DNA of 64,000 bases from Macrostomum lignano. Taxonomy: Eukaryota. The notes below the pieces were generated by a model. It did not search any database and was not told the origin of the DNA. It was given only the letters and a program-made list of their open reading frames with translations. The stretch covers positions 868,001-932,000 of the forward strand of contig NIVC01000059.1 in assembly GCA_002269645.1 (NCBI GenBank), in the 5' to 3' direction. Below, piece by piece: positions 24,547 through 43,037 of this stretch (position 1 is its first letter; each line of letters starts with the position of its first letter). A program made the position numbers and the translations under genes.

Positions 24547-26964
24547 ATGGCGCCCGCCATCCCGAGTTCGTGGCTCATCGGCGCTCTCCTGATTTCAACG
24601 GCAACCGCAGTAGCGGCAGGTCGCTACGATTCAGCCGAGAACTGCATCTGGGAGACGTGCTCGGTGGTGATCGTCAATCAGGCCAGTGACGAGACCGGAC
24701 AGCGGACTCGGTCGCTGGTGCTGCACCGGTGCGACCCCATGAGCCGCTACCCGGAGAAGTGCATCGTGCCCGAGGTGGTGAACGACCCGGACGGCGTGAC
24801 CAACTTCACAATGCGACGCGCCGGACTAACTGACATCGACGTCAGAGGCTTCTGCCAGTTCAAACGGCTGTCCGGTCTGGATCTGTCCGAGAATCGCATC
24901 GAGGAGTTTCGCTACCCAGCCGGGATGCCGCCCGGCTGCCTGTCGCGACTTCGTTGGCTCAGTCTGCGCGGCAACCGACTGCGCAGTGTGGATATTGCGC
25001 AATTTACTCGCTTCCCCGCGCTGGAGAAGATCGACCTGTCGGAGAACGGCCTGCTGGAGGCGGTCAACATCAGCCAGCTGACGCCGTACACCCGCTTGAG
25101 CGCCATCATCGCGCAGAAGTGCCGCATCAAGCGGGTGGACATCTCGCTAGTCCGCCTGCCGAGTCTGCAGGATGTGGATCTGAACTACAACCAGCTGTCC
25201 GAGCTCACCAACCGGCTCAACTGGAGCTGGTCAGTGCGCAAAGTTCGCTCAATTGAAGAGGAGCGGAACCGCAGGAAGACCCGGGATCCGTACTATTACG
25301 CCAGGCTGTCGGTGCAGATGGTGCAGAATCAGTTCGGCTCCAGCGCGTTCGGCCGGCGCCGACTCTGGGGCCTGCCGGTGCCCGACCTTCTCGACGCCGC
25401 CGATTCAACCAGCCCCGACGACGCCGTGGTCAACGAGCTCAAACGGTATCGCGACGCGTTCCAGTCGTTTCTGTACCTGGACCACGTCGGCTCCACCGTG
25501 TCCTGCGATTGCCGGCTGTTCCACGCGTGGAACTACCTGCGCCGGGTCTACGCCGACCCGTTGGAGTTCTCCAAACGGAACGCCCTGTCCATCGCCGAGT
25601 GGGTCGACCTGCCCTGCGAAACGTCCACCGGATTTGTCGGTCCGAAAACCATCGCCAGCCTCGAGGCCGAGGACCTCGTCTGCTCTCACCTGGACGGCTG
25701 CCCATCGAAGTGCAACTGCACCGAACAAGTCTCGCCTTCGGTGCTGACTGTCGACTGCCAAGGTCGACAGCTCCGTGCGATGCCGGACCGGCTGCCGGAG
25801 AGCGTGCACCCGGTGCGTTATGCTCTGCTGCTGGGCGGCAACAGCATCAGCGAACTGCGCGCTCTGCCGCCGAACCAGGCTCAGCTGGTGCAGCGGCTCG
25901 ATCTCAGCGACAACTGGCTGAGCAGCGAGACTGAATTCGCGCCTCTGAGCGCCTATCCTCAAGTGCACTCGGTGAACCTCAGCCGCAACTGGCTACTGAC
26001 CGAGCTGCCGTCCAGTCTGTTAGCCAATGCCACCAGCCGTTTTCCTAAAGCCTCGCTGCACCTGTCAGCTGGTCAGCTGGTCTGCCATTGCGGCCTTCTG
26101 AAGCCCGATCAGGTCACCCCGATGCGCTGGCTGCTGGCCAACTACCGTCAGCTGCGCTGCCGTGTGGCTCCGGAACAATCCGCCTCTGCTGTCGGTTGGT
26201 CCAGCCGGCGCCCACTGACTGCGCGCGGCGGCACCGTCCACGCCGAGGCGCTGTACCTGGCCGAGTTCCACCACAGGTTCTGCCTGACGGTGCCGCAGCA
26301 GGCCGTGCAGAGCACCGCGAATCCGACAATTTCTGATCAGCCACCTCCGGTGAACTCGGCCGCCAGTTCCAACGCTGTACTGTACATCATAGTTGTCCTG
26401 GTAGCTGCAGTGCTCATTGTGCTCATCTTTGTTTTACTCTGCTTGTTCAAATGCAAGCGAAAGCAGCGCAACTCCCAGCCACAGCAGCAGCAGCAGCAGC
26501 AGCAGCTGTGCAACAGTGCTCAGTTCGCTCCAACCTACGACGTTGCCAACCCGTCAATGCGGTACGTCAGCAGCTGCAGCGTCGGCCAGAGGATCTACGA
26601 GTCCAGCCTGTCGCCTGTCACCAAACCGCTGTTGGGCTCCGTCGCTGTCGACTATCCGATGTCGTCGCCGATTATCGGTGGCAGCGGCGGCGGTCCAGGC
26701 GACAATGTCAACAACAGCATCAACGACGACGACGCTAATAGCAGCGATTTTAGCAGCGGCGATCTGAGCGACACCGAATCTGCTCAACCAGCCTCCAACA
26801 GTCCGTACCAGACGGTGCGGCAGATGCTGGCGGTCGACCTGCCGCCGCCGCTGCCGCCGAGGCCCTCCCCGTTGGGTGTCAGCTACCAGCAGGGCCAGCA
26901 GCACCGGCAGCAGAGGATGACACGAGTCACCGTTGGACTGCAGGGCAGCGGCACCAATGTGTGA
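24547..26964 (+). CDS. Single-exon type I membrane LRR receptor with Toll-like (multiple cysteine cluster) ectodomain and no TIR domain, 805 aa
   Basis: Signal peptide (WLIGALLISTATAVAA), LxxLxLxxNxL repeats, LRRCT (SCDCRL...DLPC), LRRNT (CPSKCNC...VDCQGRQL), second LRR block and LRRCT (LVCHCGL...LRC), TM helix VLYIIVVLVAAVLIVLIFVLLCLF, low-complexity tail ending GTNV. Confidence 0.88.
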   Translation: MAPAIPSSWLIGALLISTATAVAAGRYDSAENCIWETCSVVIVNQASDETGQRTRSLVLHRCDPMSRYPEKCIVPEVVNDPDGVTNFTMRRAGLTDIDVRGFCQFKRLSGLDLSENRIEEFRYPAGMPPGCLSRLRWLSLRGNRLRSVDIAQFTRFPALEKIDLSENGLLEAVNISQLTPYTRLSAIIAQKCRIKRVDISLVRLPSLQDVDLNYNQLSELTNRLNWSWSVRKVRSIEEERNRRKTRDPYYYARLSVQMVQNQFGSSAFGRRRLWGLPVPDLLDAADSTSPDDAVVNELKRYRDAFQSFLYLDHVGSTVSCDCRLFHAWNYLRRVYADPLEFSKRNALSIAEWVDLPCETSTGFVGPKTIASLEAEDLVCSHLDGCPSKCNCTEQVSPSVLTVDCQGRQLRAMPDRLPESVHPVRYALLLGGNSISELRALPPNQAQLVQRLDLSDNWLSSETEFAPLSAYPQVHSVNLSRNWLLTELPSSLLANATSRFPKASLHLSAGQLVCHCGLLKPDQVTPMRWLLANYRQLRCRVAPEQSASAVGWSSRRPLTARGGTVHAEALYLAEFHHRFCLTVPQQAVQSTANPTISDQPPPVNSAASSNAVLYIIVVLVAAVLIVLIFVLLCLFKCKRKQRNSQPQQQQQQQQLCNSAQFAPTYDVANPSMRYVSSCSVGQRIYESSLSPVTKPLLGSVAVDYPMSSPIIGGSGGGPGDNVNNSINDDDANSSDFSSGDLSDTESAQPASNSPYQTVRQMLAVDLPPPLPPRPSPLGVSYQQGQQHRQQRMTRVTVGLQGSGTNV

Positions 26965-27117
26965 GGCTCCAGGTGTGTGACTATAGGATTGCATCAGCTG
27001 ATCAGTACATTTCGCTCCCTCGCTATTCCCACGAAAACCACAGGCATTAGCACTGTGGTCTGAAGTTGATCATGTCTTCACAGACAGACAGACAGGCAGG
27101 CAGACAGACACTAAGAC

Positions 27118-27151
<34 letters not shown>

Positions 27152-27879
27152 GCGAGCATTGCTGTTTTTCATTGCACCGGTCACGTGACCTGATTTATTT
27201 TTACTGTCTCTCCAAGTTGTTGTGAAACTTCGGCACCAAAGCTTATTGATTGCATTTGTAGCGTCCTGCACTAAGCTTTGCAAACCTCTTGACTAATTTA
27301 GTACATATACTATTTTTTAACTACACATAAATGTACTTTTCTGCCATTCTACTTGTAAATATATAACATCAGGTGTGTTGTCCATTGTCAGTCTTGATCA
27401 ATTCTGGTATTTTTTCCTCCTAGAAATTAAATAAATGGACAAAATAAAGTAAAATTTTAAGTCAATCTTAGCGGCCGTGTTAATCTGTATGTACTGGACT
27501 ATACATACGTTCGAGTATTTAATCTCAAGGCAATACTGAGTGGCCTCGCCTCGTATGTTTACATCAGCTGGAACAGGTCGGATCAGTTCTCTCAGGAATC
27601 TTGAACTGTTTCAATATTGTTTGTTTCTCTCTAAGCCTTTGCTCGCTATGTATGCTCTAAGAACATGTTTAAGTAAGTCTAGGAAAGAATCTTTAACCAA
27701 AGTACGGTAGCGTTGGTCCTCCTTACCCTGAGTAAATTGCCCCACGAAAGGAAATTCCTAAATGCAATTGCCATTATAACTGGTGGTCTACCGCAGCCTT
27801 TTAATTATTACATTTAGACCGTGTTGAAAAAAGTTAAAGATTGCAAATGCAAGTAAATAGAAAAAGTCCAAATCTGAGG

Positions 27880-28212
27880 CCTCAGACTACTCAATTCACA
27901 GGCCATAGACTTATTCAATTCACAGGCCATAGACTACTCAATTCACAGGCCATAGACTATTCAATTCCCAGGCCATTTGACTACTCAATTCCCAGGCTAT
28001 AGACTACTCAATTCACAGGCCATAGACTACTCAATTCCCAGGCCATAGACTACTCAATTCACAGGCCATAGACTACTCAATTCACAGGCCATTTGACTAC
28101 TCAATTCCCAGGCCACAGACTACTCAATTCCCAGGCCATAGACTACTCAATTCCCAGGCCATAGACTACCCAATTCACAGGCCATAGACTATTCAATTCC
28201 CAGGCCATAGAC
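27880..28212. repeat. 23-bp minisatellite (ggccatagactactcaattc[a/c]ca)n
   Basis: Unit spacing 23 nt (27925 to 27948). Confidence 0.92.
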
Positions 28213-28276
28213 ACCATCTCATTTCCAAAGCAATAGGTTACCTACTTTACCTGTGTCTTCCGACACTGTGTCTTCA

Positions 28277-28321
28277 CAAGGACGACTAAAGTAACGTATA
28301 TATCTACTTAAGTAGTCCTTG
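28277..28321. mobile_element. 45-bp P-type excision footprint or minimal element flanked by perfect 8-bp TSD TGTCTTCA
   Basis: tgtcttca | caaggacgactaaagta acgtatatatc tacttaagtagtccttg | tgtcttca. The 17-bp arms are inverted repeats (15/17) and share CAAGGAC.ACT with the TIR at 43120. Confidence 0.8.
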
Positions 28322-28674
28322 TGTCTTCAGAGTAGATAACTGGTTAGAACCTTCTCTAGGAGCTAGGCGAAGTGAAGAAATAATTACTGAAGTGGTTTGA
28401 GCAGGAAAGAAATGCTATAAAACTTTGATACCTGCTTTCGACTTAAGAAACTAAAAAGATACTACGTGACATCCGGACTCTATGACGATTTTTCGGACAA
28501 GCTCAATCGATCATTACCAAGAGTCTGGGCGCGCTGTGACATATTTTTAATGAGGATTAATAAGTTCTCTATAAGTTGTACCAGAGTGGCAGAAGGATAG
28601 GAGAGTTATGATTTAATTGCATTAGTAGAAGACGGACAAGTTATACTAGGCGGCATGTTTAAGGGTGGGGTGGG

Positions 28675-29150
28675 AGAGGTGGCAAAGCGGGTGAGAGGGA
28701 GGGTGACAAAGCGGTTAAGAGGGAGGGTGACAAAGCGGGTGAGAGAGGGAGGGTAACAAAGCGAGTGAGAGGGAGGGTCACAAAGCGGGTGAGAGAGGGA
28801 GGGTGACAAAGCGGGTGAGAGAGGGAGGGTGACAAAGCGGGTGAGAGAGGGAGGGTAACAAAGCGAGTGAGAGGGAGGGTGACAAAGCGGGTGAGAGGGA
28901 GGGTGACAAAGCGGTTAAGAGGGAGGGTGACAAAGCGGGTGAGAGGGAGGGTGACAAAGCGGTTAAGAGGGAGGGTGACAAAGCGGGTGAGAAAGAGGGT
29001 GACAAAGCGGGTGAGAGGGAGGGTGACAAAGCGGTTAAGAGGGAGGGTGGCAAAGCGGGTGAGAGAGGGAGGGTGACAAAGCGGGTGAGAGAGGGAGGGT
29101 GACAAAGCGGGAGAGAGGGAGGGTGGCAAAGCAGTGAGAGGGAGGTGGTC
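28675..29150. repeat. 24/26-bp purine-rich minisatellite (gtgacaaagcgggtgagagggagg)n
   Basis: Direct reading. Confidence 0.92.
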
Positions 29151-29494
29151 AATTTGAGACTAGTTGAAATAAATTATTCTCATATCGCTAGAGGCGGTTC
29201 TACCGTGAAGTCAGCGTATCTCATATTCATCCAGTTATAGCTCGCAGCGACGTTACACTGCCTCTCGCACTGCGGACTGATTGTCAAATTAATGATTATA
29301 CCTGAAACGCGATTCGCAGCTGGTGGGTGAGGCATCAGGCATAAAAGTGTAGTGCAGTTTACTGTGCGATCATTCTTACTGCACCTGGGTTTAGTTGTTT
29401 GGTATTGATCAGCGAACCAAGATGAAGTTTCTCAGCATGCAGTACACAATAATGCTGTTCGACTTGAGCCACAATGAGCACTGATTAACGCCAA

Positions 29495-29717
29495 CTCATT
29501 CAGCCAGCCACCCATTCACTCAGCCACCCATTCACTCAGCCACCCATTCACTCAGCCACCGATTCACTCATCCACCCATTCGTTCACTCAGCCACCCATT
29601 CATTCACTCAGCCACCCATTCATTCACTCAGCCACCCATTCATTCACTCAGCCACCCATTCATTCACTCAGCCACCCATTCATTCACTCAATCACCTATT
29701 CATTCACACAGCCACCC
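29495..29717. repeat. 16/20-bp minisatellite (cactcagccacccatt[catt])n
   Basis: Direct reading. Confidence 0.9.
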
Positions 29718-30307
29718 GTGAGCTCAACAGTCACCTTAAAAAATGCATCAAAATTTCAGTTTCAAACTCACAAAAAGATGAGCCCACCCAGCTCAAACCA
29801 AATCCTCAAATTTTTTTCCTATTTAACTTCCTGCACCGTTCCTACAAAAACTACAAAACTGAAGCCATGTCAAGATCGGAAACAGCTAGGGGTTTCAACA
29901 ATGAATCCGACAATTGAAAAAGCAGATTTCTGCAGATTTCGCAACAACACAAAAAGCAGACTTGGTAGCGAGGCCGAGAGAGGCAAAGCAGAGTCGCGGC
30001 TGGGAGCTTTTTATGGCCCATGATTTCTTTTCAATAAAAGCCGCTCGAGTGCGGGCGCAGCCGATGCAGGCTCGGGGGGGGGGTCACGCGAGCTCGCTTT
30101 GAAACTGCGAAACTTTAATTGAGAGGCGCTGCTTTAAATTTGAGAATTTTGCGAATTAATCCACTGCTGCTACTGCTATGTAGGCCAGCTTGGTGCAAAG
30201 TCAAATTGTACAGCTTTTAGGCTGGACTGCGGTGTTGTAGAGTGGAGTGTGTGCACTATGAAATGACTGGCAAGTACATGTGTGCAAAAAGGATAGATAC
30301 TCGTATA

Positions 30308-30354
30308 TAGATGGATAGATAAATAGATAGATAGATAGATAGATGGATAGATAT

Positions 30355-30394
<40 letters not shown>

Positions 30395-30402
30395 ATAGAT
30401 AA

Positions 30403-30457
<55 letters not shown>

Positions 30458-30461
30458 GATG

Positions 30462-30521
<60 letters not shown>

Positions 30522-30548
30522 TAGAGACGGATAGATAGATAGATAAAT
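30308..30548. repeat. (GATA)n microsatellite
   Basis: Direct reading. Confidence 0.95.
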
Positions 30549-30964
30549 GTAGATCTATAAAAATATAGATATAGAAGATATATATTAGATGTAATAGATA
30601 TTAAATATAAAAGATCTACAAATATAGATTTATAAAATATAGATCTTTAAATATATGAATAGATCCTATAGATAGATCTATTTATCTACATAAACAGACA
30701 GATAGATAGACAGAAAAGAAGTTGAACAAGAAGGGCAGGGCTGGCAGTTCATGACGCAGCCACAGCAAAGCGAGCCGCAATTGTATCGAGCCCTGTAAGC
30801 CCCGCCAGCCACTCAGCCCATGAGTTGGGCTGCCCCCTTCGGAACCATCGCGTGACGTTGTGAAAGTGAAAGAAGCGAGTGACGCTCAAAGCAGAAGTTT
30901 TCTCGCCTTTGATGAAAACGTCTTGCCTGCTTTTACTCAGAGTTTCATATTGAGAGAGCCAATC

Positions 30965-31270
30965 AGGTGAGGGATCATGGGAGGGACTCGGGTGAGGGAT
31001 CATGGGAGGGACTTAGGTGAGGGATCATGGGAGGGACTTAGGTGAGGGATCATGGGAGGGACTCAGGTGAGGGACTCAGGGTGAGGGATCGTAGGAGGGA
31101 CTTAGGTGTGGGATCATGGGAGGGACTCGTGTAAGGGATCATGGGAGGGACTCGTGTAAGGGATCATGGGAGGGACTCGTGTGAGGGATCATGGGAGGGA
31201 CTCGTGTAAGGGATCATGGGAGGGACTCAGATGAGGGATCATGGGAGGCACTCGTGTGAGGGATCATGGA
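30965..31270. repeat. About 23-bp minisatellite (gtgagggatcatgggagggactc)n
   Basis: Direct reading. Confidence 0.9.
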
Positions 31271-33121
31271 AAGAACTGATAGTGATAGCTTAATGAAAAA
31301 GTGATTTATTAAACCAGACTAATTGCAAATCTTTGATTCGCTACTGGAAGTAGTAGACATGGAAACTATTCGCGCAATATTTCAAAGAACAAAAAGTCCG
31401 CATCAATTGTTTTAATTTTTTATTTAATTTTAATAAATTTTGCGGATTTGTGCACCCGTGTGAATTTCGTAAGTTGCAATTAGTAAGCAGTGCAAATCGC
31501 GCAGTGGTTTATTTGATTCAAAATTTAATCTGAAATTGAATATGCAGTTTTGAAAAAACAACAACAGAGTATTTATTTGAAGAAATTCAAGAAAAGAACC
31601 AACAAACAAATACAAAGCATAATTTTACATTTCATATCATACAAGATTACCTGTAAATAATATTATAGCAGAAGATCTAACTTTCCAGGGAAGAGAATTT
31701 TAATGGGAAAACACATATTATTCAGTAATCAATAAAACATATTTTTGGTCAAGTAACAAATGAATATTTATAATTATATTTATTCATTCTCTGTATAAAT
31801 AAGACTGTCAGCATACAGGTAAAACACAGTCATACTAGATACGAAAAATGGAAATGACTTGAGAAATAAAAATTGTTGTTTCTGAACTTCATTTTAGGTC
31901 AGAATAATAATTATTTTATTGTTCAATTGAGAGCATGAAAATTTAAATTAATTAATTAGAATTTTTTCTGGTGGAAGGGAAAGGTGCAGCAGTGTGAACG
32001 CAGATAAGACAAATATTAATTGGCTATTTAATTGTATCAGTAGCGGCGTAGTGGTTTTATGGCCTTAAAATATAGCGGCGTGAGAATGTACATTGGTCAT
32101 TGTACAGTCAACAGCCAACTGGGGCAGAGGGATCGCCGGCGTGAGGTGGGTGCCAATCTGTCAACCAATCAGCGGCCGAGTTGAGTTTAACCTCGTAATA
32201 AGTGATTCTAAAAATAGCCCCAAGCCACCCTGTGCCCCCACACTGCGTTCAGATCGAATGGAAATTAATGGACACAGTTAAGCAATCACTTAAAAACAAA
32301 AAATGTAGGGTGATTGCCAACATTGCTCAAAATAAAAACTATACTTTAATTATTATTATAATTTATAGTTTCATTTTGAGTGTTTGGCAATTTTTATATA
32401 GAATAAAATATATAGACAAAGTTTTATGCGCTGCACAGTGCAACTAAGGTTACGTTTATAATATAATATATGTCTTTCAATATGTAGGAAAATATTTTTT
32501 CAAATCTATATATATTGTTGAATAGATAGAACCTAATAGACCAACTTTTAATAGTGTATATATGTATAAGCATGTTAATATGGTAGGGATTCTCAAAAAG
32601 ATGGAAAGACAGGCATAGAATAGGAACAAAAAGTCAGATAAAATGAATTGACAAAAATTGATTATATGCAACAATAAGCCGGGTTATTATAACGCATCGA
32701 TTATACTAATAGAGACCTACTAAACATAACTACAGCGCACCCCAAACAACAGTTGCCGTTGTGGTTGAGTAGTGCAAACTAATCATTATACGATTACGAA
32801 TTATAATAATTAGAATTAGAACGCATATGAAAATATGATATGATTCATACAGAATCGAAATGTGGAATCCTAATATAAACTCTGTCTTTAAAAATATTAA
32901 TTAATTCACACACATGCATACAAATTTGAAAACTTTATTATTTAGAACGTAAGGTTTTTCACACAGTCGGCGCGAGTTTTAACAAACCAATACAGAAATT
33001 TTTGCGTTCCATTTGTGTGTACAAAATTTTAAGTAGGAAAATAACACAATAGCGCTCAAAGATTAACGAAATACGTTGGTGGATTCCACTGTGCCATTGT
33101 GTCTGCATACTACAGCCAGTT

Positions 33122-34170
33122 GTGTCTGATTATAACCTGAAGGTACACCTGAAGAGTCTGGTTATAACCTGAGAGTAGAACTGAAGTGTCTGATTATAAC
33201 CTGAGGGTAGGCCTGAAGTGTCTGGTTATAACCTGAGAGTAGAACTGAAGTGTCTGATTATAACCTGAAGGTAGGCCTGAAGCGTCTGATTATAGCCTGA
33301 GGGTAGGCCTGAAGTGTCTGATTATTTATAAACTGAAGGTAGGCCTGAAGCGTCTGATTATAACCTGAGGGTAGAACTGAAGTGTCTGATTATAGCCTGA
33401 AGGTACACCTGAAGAGTCTGGTTATAACCTGAGAGTAGAACTGAAGTGTCTGATTATAACCTGAGGGTAGGCCTGAAGTGTCTGGTTATAACCTGAGAGT
33501 AGAACTGAAGTGTCTGATTATAACCTGAGGGTAGAACTGAAGTGTCTGATTATTTATAACCTGAAGGTAGGCCTAAAGCGTCTGATTATAGCCTGAGGGT
33601 AGGCCTGAAGTGTCTGATTATTTATAAACTGAAGGTAGGCCTGAAGCGTCTGATTATAACCTGAAGGTAGGCCTGAAGCGTCTGATTATAACCTGAGGGT
33701 AGAACTGAAGTGTCTGATTATAACCTGAAGGTAGGCCTGAAGCGTCTGATTATAGCCTGAGGGTAGGCCTGAAGTGTCTGATTATTTATAAACTGAAGGT
33801 AGGCCTGAAGCGTCTGATTATAACCTGAAGGTAGGCCTGGAGTGTCTGGTTATAACCTGAGGGTAGAACTGAAGTGTCTGATTATAGCCTGAGGGTAGGC
33901 CTGAAGTGTCTGATTATAACCTAAGGGTAGAACTGAAGTGTCTGATTATAGCCTGAGGGTAGGCCTGAAGCGTCTGATTATAACCTGAGGGTAGAACTGA
34001 AGTGTCTGATTATAGCCTGAGGGTAGGCCTGAAGTGTCTGATTATAACCTAAGGGTAGAACTGAAGTGTCTGATTATAGCCTGAGGGTAGGCCTGAAGCG
34101 TCTGATTATAACCTGAGGGTAGAACTGAAGTGTCTGATTATAGCCTGAGGGTAGGCCTGGAGGTGTCTGG
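33122..34170. repeat. 32-bp minisatellite (gtctgattataacctgagggtaggcctgaagt)n
   Basis: Direct reading; variant units agaact/aggcct alternate. Confidence 0.94.
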
Positions 34171-34361
34171 CGAAATGTTCAGTGCTAACTAACAATAACT
34201 CACTAACTACAGGTGCGCGAATTTAATAAAGTTTCAGACATCAGTGGCTGATAATTACGAGCAAAGAATAGAATTGGGGAAGTTAAGAAAAACAAAATTG
34301 ATCAAAGTTTATTTCAAGAATACGAGTAACGGATAGACTGTTTTTTGAGTTGCGAACAAGA

Positions 34362-41545
<7,184 letters not shown>

Positions 41546-42510
41546 AAAAAATGAAAAATTTGCAAGATAACCTTGAATAATAACAATTCTATGAATCCAT
41601 TATTATTAACAAATTTAGGCCTATTTCACTACATGATATCTGCAACAAATACAGCTATAATATTGAGATTCTAATTTGTTAGAAACTGTTCTACAAAGTT
41701 CTACAAATGAAAAGTTGTTTCTTTGCTAGGAGAAAAACCTATGAAAAAAAGAAAAGAAAGTTGGAATTTTGTCAGAATTTCTAGTATATACAGTACAAAA
41801 GGTTAGTTAAGAATTTAACAAATGTTATTTTATTGGCTATGCATTTTATAACCACTATTTATAGTAGAACTCCTCATTGGACAAAGTAGGCCCAGTCTGT
41901 TTTGTGGACATCATCTATACCTAATATTTATAAGTCTTTAGCACATGTCTATAACTATAAGCTTTCTGAAAGTTCTTAATGCACATTTGTAGGTTTTTGA
42001 AATATCTTATTAGGGATAGAACTTATCCTTTTTGGTCAATTTTAGCAAGCTTTTTCAATAAAAGATTATATTGTTTCTCTTTTTTGTAATTTTAATGAAG
42101 GCAGTGCTTATTTAGCTAGCACTTGTTAAATAAGCTTGTCATTTGTAACTACTTAGCCAGCTATAATTTTCTATTTGAGATATTCAAACTTTATATAAAA
42201 AACAATATATTGATTGAGTACAATTACATGATGTCTATTAGTTTCTTTAATTCAGTGGCCAGCAAACTTTTACCTTAAGGGCCAGATAGTAGAATTGAGT
42301 AGAATAGAGGAGAGGAAAGGAGAAGAGAGGATTAATCCCTAACCCTTGATTTAATTGCATGTTTTTATAGATCTAGATTTAAAGATATTCTATAAATTAT
42401 TTAATGATTGCTTTTTTTAACACTTTTAACCCCCTAAATATTATTATATGTAATATGTAAAATTTATATTTTAAGCTTAGTGACAAGCTTATTGACCTGG
42501 CAATAGGGAA

Positions 42511-43037
42511 TAGGGTGTCCATGTGAAATTCAATATAAATTTCCAGGTTTTTCCAGGTTCAAATAAGTAAAGCTGCAGGTTGCTACCTGGTGGAGCTTTA
42601 TAAAATGAAACGTATGTATGCAGCAATGTTTCTTGATTTAGTGTTTCCTACTACGAACTATATATTATAGATTATTTATTTCTTGTATTATACTAACTAA
42701 AGAACAAAATTAAAAGTATAAAATAAAAGACTTTTGCTATAAATATCCAACTTAATAAGAATATAACTATATAGGAGAGATTGTATTTGTACCATACTAT
42801 GACATGGTAGCAACATTTTTTAATATCAAAGTTTCTATTACATCATATAGCATTATGGCATGCATTACTATAGTCTTTTTTCCTGTTTCACATTATACAG
42901 ATCATGGGAAGAATGATAATTCTAGGTTTCCCCTCCCACATTGGTCTATTTCCAGGTTTTTTCTTCTGTTTTGGGGCATTTCCAGGTTTTTACAGTTTTT
43001 TTGCATTTCCAGGTTTTTCTAGGTTGTGGACACCCTA
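42511..43037. mobile_element. 527-bp MITE, 11-bp TIR TAGGGTGTCCA, 6-bp TSD AGGGAA (hAT-like termini)
   Basis: TIRs at 42511-42521 and 43027-43037; AGGGAA at 42505-42510 and 43038-43043; repeated tttccaggtttt motifs near both ends. Confidence 0.78.

Noticed and set aside
24912-26994. Multiple overlapping and antisense ORFs over the LRR gene (also over SSRP1, the E3 and the Gypsy pol)
   Set aside because: They are shadow frames caused by high GC3 content, with no recognisable products.
27180-27189. Perfect GTCACGTGAC (CLEAR/E-box) palindrome; also an E2F-like TTTTCCCGCC near 2383
   Set aside because: Single short motifs with no supporting promoter evidence; a second GTCACGTGAC lies inside coding sequence at about 52580, consistent with chance.
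31990-32255. 9-bp inverted repeat tgaacgcag / ctgcgttca suggesting a MITE
   Set aside because: Too short, and no TSD could be found.
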